Made by a program: the position numbers and the translations under genes
Shown: in pieces, positions 36,146 to 38,392 of the stretch
Layout of the letters: each line of letters opens with the position of its first letter
Numbering within the stretch: position 1 is the first letter of the stretch
Notes under the pieces: generated by a model
The model's input: the letters and a program-made list of their open reading frames with translations, nothing else
What the model was told of the DNA's origin: nothing
Database searches by the model: none
Source of the DNA: Candidatus Altimarinota bacterium
Lineage (GTDB): Bacteria; Patescibacteriota; Gracilibacteria; BD1-5; UBA2023
NCBI GenBank assembly: GCA_031410215.1
Contig: JANNYQ010000076.1
Coordinates: 1 to 38,392 of the forward strand
Reading direction: 5' to 3'
DNA: 38,392 bases

Positions 36146-36595
36146 TTAGTATATTTTTCGAGATTCTCTATCGAGATCCCGTTCTTTGAGAAGGTTTTTT
36201 TTCTCCCATTTTTTGCGTCATTTCGCGAGTGCCACCCGTACTTTGAATATATTCCCCTTCGAGTAAATACTCACTGGAACGAGTGTGGCACTCGTTTCTT
36301 TGACTTTTTGTCAGATCCTTAGTATTTCTTTTTTTGACATGAGAATGAGTCGTTCTCGCTTGGGATCGATGATGACTCCAGTACTACCCTTGTATTCTGA
36401 TATATGAGATCCGACAAGTATAGGTCGACCTGAGTGGAGGGTGATATAGGCTCACTTGAGATTGACACTTCCATTGCGTATACTCTTGACTTCACTGCCG
36501 ACAAGGACTATCCCAGCCTCGAACTCTTCGATAACCTCATAGTCGAATAGAGCTTTTTTGTTCTCGATGATGACTTGGTTTGCTACGGTTCACAT
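36146..36595 (-). CDS. smpB: SsrA-binding protein SmpB
   Basis: The hand translation reads [53 protein letters not shown]...[75 protein letters not shown]. It has four in-frame TGA and runs in a different frame from track ORF 36319-36504. It ends at TAA 36146-36148, 4 nt before the downstream ATG. Confidence 0.9.
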
Positions 36596-36658
36596 GCGCT
36601 GGATTATATGGGAAACTTGCGAAAAGTCTATTTTTTGATAAAAAAGTGACAAAAATAT

Positions 36659-36686
36659 TTGTCAATATACAAATATGTGCTAAAAT
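36659..36686 (+). promoter_or_regulatory. Candidate extended -10 promoter (TTGTCA-16-TGcTAAAAT)
   Basis: TTGTCA lies at 36659-36664, TG at 36678-36679 and TAAAAT at 36681-36686. The predicted start near 36693 is right at the beginning of the structured segment. Confidence 0.4.
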
Positions 36687-36692
36687 AACTGT

Positions 36693-36800
36693 ATGATTCC
36701 TTCGGTTTCTTAATTCGGCATTCTGCTCGTAGACGCCCCTTGCGAAGCAGCGCCCTGAAGGAAGTCCTCCAGGGGCAGAAGTACCCTTGGAGTGCCAAAT
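36693..36800 (+). ncRNA. Candidate structured RNA / cis-regulatory leader of unknown class
   Basis: This GC-rich island sits in AT-rich DNA. Outer helix GATTCCTTC (36695-36703) pairs with GAAGGAAGTC (36757-36766). Inner hairpin CTGCTCG (36723-36729) pairs with CGAAGCAG (36743-36750). Loop GCCCCT (36735-36740) can pair with AGGGGC (36771-36776) as a pseudoknot. That pairing competes with CCCTG (36753-36757) / CAGGG (36770-36774). A C(UUCG)G element lies at 36700-36705. Confidence 0.35.
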
Positions 36801-36883
36801 TCGCTTTACTCATTTTATCCTCTTGTTCTATTTGAATTATGAAAATCAACCCAATATACATAATCCTCATTCTCTGACTCAGC

Positions 36884-37054
36884 ATGAGTTCTCTCAGTGT
36901 TACCTATGCGAGTCAACAAAAGTCAGAAACATCAGAAGTTGGACAAACTCATACCACATCACATCCACCACACGATCACCATGAACCTAATCATATCAAG
37001 AAGCTGGATGAGAGTATGCGGCGAAAGCGAGAAGATGAAGAAAAATCCCATTAG
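36884..37054 (+). CDS. Possible His-rich micro-protein (56 aa)
   Basis: MSSLSVTYASQQKSETSEVGQTHTTSHPPHDHHEPNHIKKLDESMRRKREDEEKSH has ATG 36884 and TAG 37052-37054 inside the terminator hairpin. I saw no SD and recognise no family. It could be non-coding. Confidence 0.3.
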   Translation: MSSLSVTYASQQKSETSEVGQTHTTSHPPHDHHEPNHIKKLDESMRRKREDEEKSH

Positions 37055-37067
37055 TGAGTGGGATTTT
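37042..37067. terminator. Hairpin terminator shared by convergent transcripts
   Basis: AAAATCCCA-TTAGTGAG-TGGGATTTT forms a 9-bp stem with T-runs on both strands. Confidence 0.6.
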
Positions 37068-37266
37068 CGGGTAATAGATTAGCAATTGTTTGGCTGATAG
37101 ACTGTATTGTAGTATCTGTTTGATCAAGTAAGCCGAGAGATATGAGAGTTCTGAAAAAATCTGTCAATTTATCGTAAATTACAGAGGGCGGCTTACTAGC
37201 ATTAGCACGAACCTTTTCTATACATAGTACTTTTTGCAATTGTATCCAGTTATTCCATTTACTCAT
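37051..37266 (-). CDS. Hypothetical protein (71 aa)
   Basis: Uninterrupted track ORF MSKWNNWIQLQKVLC... whose last codons run into the 37042-37067 hairpin. I recognise no family. Confidence 0.35.
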   Translation of the reverse strand: MSKWNNWIQLQKVLCIEKVRANASKPPSVIYDKLTDFFRTLISLGLLDQTDTTIQSISQTIANLLPENPTH

Positions 37267-37415
37267 GACTTCTATAGAATAGGGAAGTATACCAACTGAT
37301 GAGATTTCAATATTATTAAAAAATAATCATAAAGACATAGCGCTCACTATATTGACTCATTGTATTTTTTCTCGGATATGGATTTTGAGCGCTACTTTCT
37401 CATTTTCTGACAGCT

Positions 37416-38138
37416 CTAGTATTGTAGTATTTGATGTAGATAGCTTATTGCTCGTCATTGCTCGATGAAGTAAGGTGATGTAGCTATTGTAATATATTTT
37501 ACACGTTTGAGCAAGTTTTTGATGATTTTGATTTTCTTCTCACTCGGAATGTGATCGAGCTCAGGAGCAAATATATCGAGATCCAGATTCAGGACACTAT
37601 TCTCACTCGGTATATAGTCCATATAGGCATCGATCTGGTATTCATTCTCTATACGGATCATAGTACCAACGAGTCCAGACTCTATCGCTGGTACTATATA
37701 GTTTCCGACATTGCAGGAGAGATTGGTGAACTCGTAAGAATATTCTGGATTAGTTATTGCTTTTTCTAGATCGAGATGATTGTCATTGTCCCAGAGATCT
37801 GAGTGCTCATCGATATGTATGAGTTCGAATTCTGCTCGTATGATTCACTGTCTTACAGCATCGAGCCAGAAGTAGAGGGCATGGTTGTGGTTATCGAATA
37901 CGATGATATTTTCACTGAGTTGTACGAAATTCTCGAGTCCGACACACGATCTGATCTCCACATCCTCTATTTCTTCGAAAACTGTCTCAGATCCAATTTT
38001 TACATCATTGATTGTTCCATCGATCAGTGTTGGGATATGCAATATGGGATCTCTCGTGTATTCTAGACGCCTTCTTTCCCATGCGAATGCATTGTTACCA
38101 AGTTTTTGTGTGAGAATTTGTTTATTTGGGTAATACAT
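37416..38138 (-). CDS. Hypothetical enzyme, possibly UPF0489 (C5orf22-like)/arginase-deacetylase-fold family
   Basis: Track ORFs 37845-38138 and 37455-37661 share a frame (477-nt offset) and are joined by TGAs, down to TAG 37416-37418 (240 aa). The metal-site-like motifs IVFDNHNHALYFW and LIHIDEHSDLW recall UPF0489 as I remember it. The function call is tentative. Confidence 0.55.
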
Positions 38139-38392
38139 CGATCGATTGGATTACTAACTCGAATACATCATCTGGAGTCCGATTACTCGTATCGACGACG
38201 ATATCATAGAGATCCATATCATAAATATGGAGTCCATAATACTTCATATAACGATCATTCTCACTTGCTCGTCTCGTCTCGATATTGGCTACTGTATGCT
38301 CGATCGTCTCATGGGTCTCGACACCTTGGCGTGTCGCATCAGCGTATATCCGATGTGCTGCTTCGATCGGAGTCACCGTCAGGAATATCTTG
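38122..38392 (-). CDS. Cytidylate-kinase-like P-loop NMP kinase, C-terminal part (5' end outside window)
   Basis: KIFLTVTPIEAAHRIYADA...ENDRYMKYYGLHIYDMDLYDIVVDTSNRTPDDVFELV resembles the C-terminal half of (archaeal-type) CMP kinases. The frame is open to the window edge. It ends at TAA 38122-38124 and overlaps the next gene's start by 17 nt. Confidence 0.6.
   Translation of the reverse strand, partial: KIFLTVTPIEAAHRIYADATRQGVETHETIEHTVANIETRRASENDRYMKYYGLHIYDMDLYDIVVDTSNRTPDDVFELVIQSIDVLPK

Noticed and set aside
36693-37067. The structured transcript could be RNase P RNA, tmRNA or SRP RNA. The length is about right, smpB is adjacent, and it has a GGAAGUCC-like motif and AGCAGC/GGAAG motifs.
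   Set aside because: I found no 3' P4 partner (ACAGAA..GGCUUA-like), and the central 80 nt are unstructured AU-rich sequence. There is no tRNA-like acceptor/T-arm and no ...CCA end or tag-like reading frame. The SRP domain IV order (CAGG...GNRA...AGCA) is not reproduced on either strand. I kept it as an unclassified candidate.

Overview
This AT-rich bacterial window only makes sense under translation table 25 (TGA = Gly), the code known from SR1/Absconditabacteria and Gracilibacteria (CPR/Patescibacteria). In-frame TGA codons fall on conserved glycines of FtsH, TsaD, UvrC and SmpB. TGG is still Trp, and every gene I could delimit ends in TAA or TAG. The standard-code ORF track is therefore fragmented. 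Re-joining same-frame fragments across TGA gives about 24 protein genes plus tRNA-Lys(UUU).

Genes, in order:
- 456-13010: one 12.5-kb ORF (about 4184 aa, roughly 90 in-frame TGA by hand count) for a secreted or anchored giant surface protein with FG-GAP-like, Ig-like, Cys-rich and Pro-rich modules.
- der, a TraB/GumN-like membrane protein, an orphan barstar-like gene, and ftsH.
- An EVE-domain protein, and a MutY that lacks the four Fe-S cysteines and carries an insertion.
- Two small hypotheticals and an MFS-like transporter.
- A PriA-like protein made of only the C-terminal half, directly downstream of nrdR.
- A 1924-aa thioester (GCIEQ) alpha-2-macroglobulin preceded by a zinc-finger-less J-protein.
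- uvrC, tsaD, a DsbA-like oxidoreductase, an RsmB/F-type m5C methyltransferase, and smpB.
- A promoter-driven candidate structured RNA followed by a His-rich micro-ORF.
- A possible UPF0489/arginase-fold protein and a partial cytidylate-kinase-like gene at the window edge.

I saw no rRNA, CRISPR array, transposase, integrase or reverse transcriptase. The most notable items are the recoding itself, the giant surface gene paired with a large protease-trap gene (a cell-surface attack/defence repertoire), the half-PriA, the cluster-less MutY, the orphan barstar, and the unclassified RNA element at 36.7 kb. All coordinates and translations were derived by hand. Functional calls rest on remembered family motifs, not on searches.
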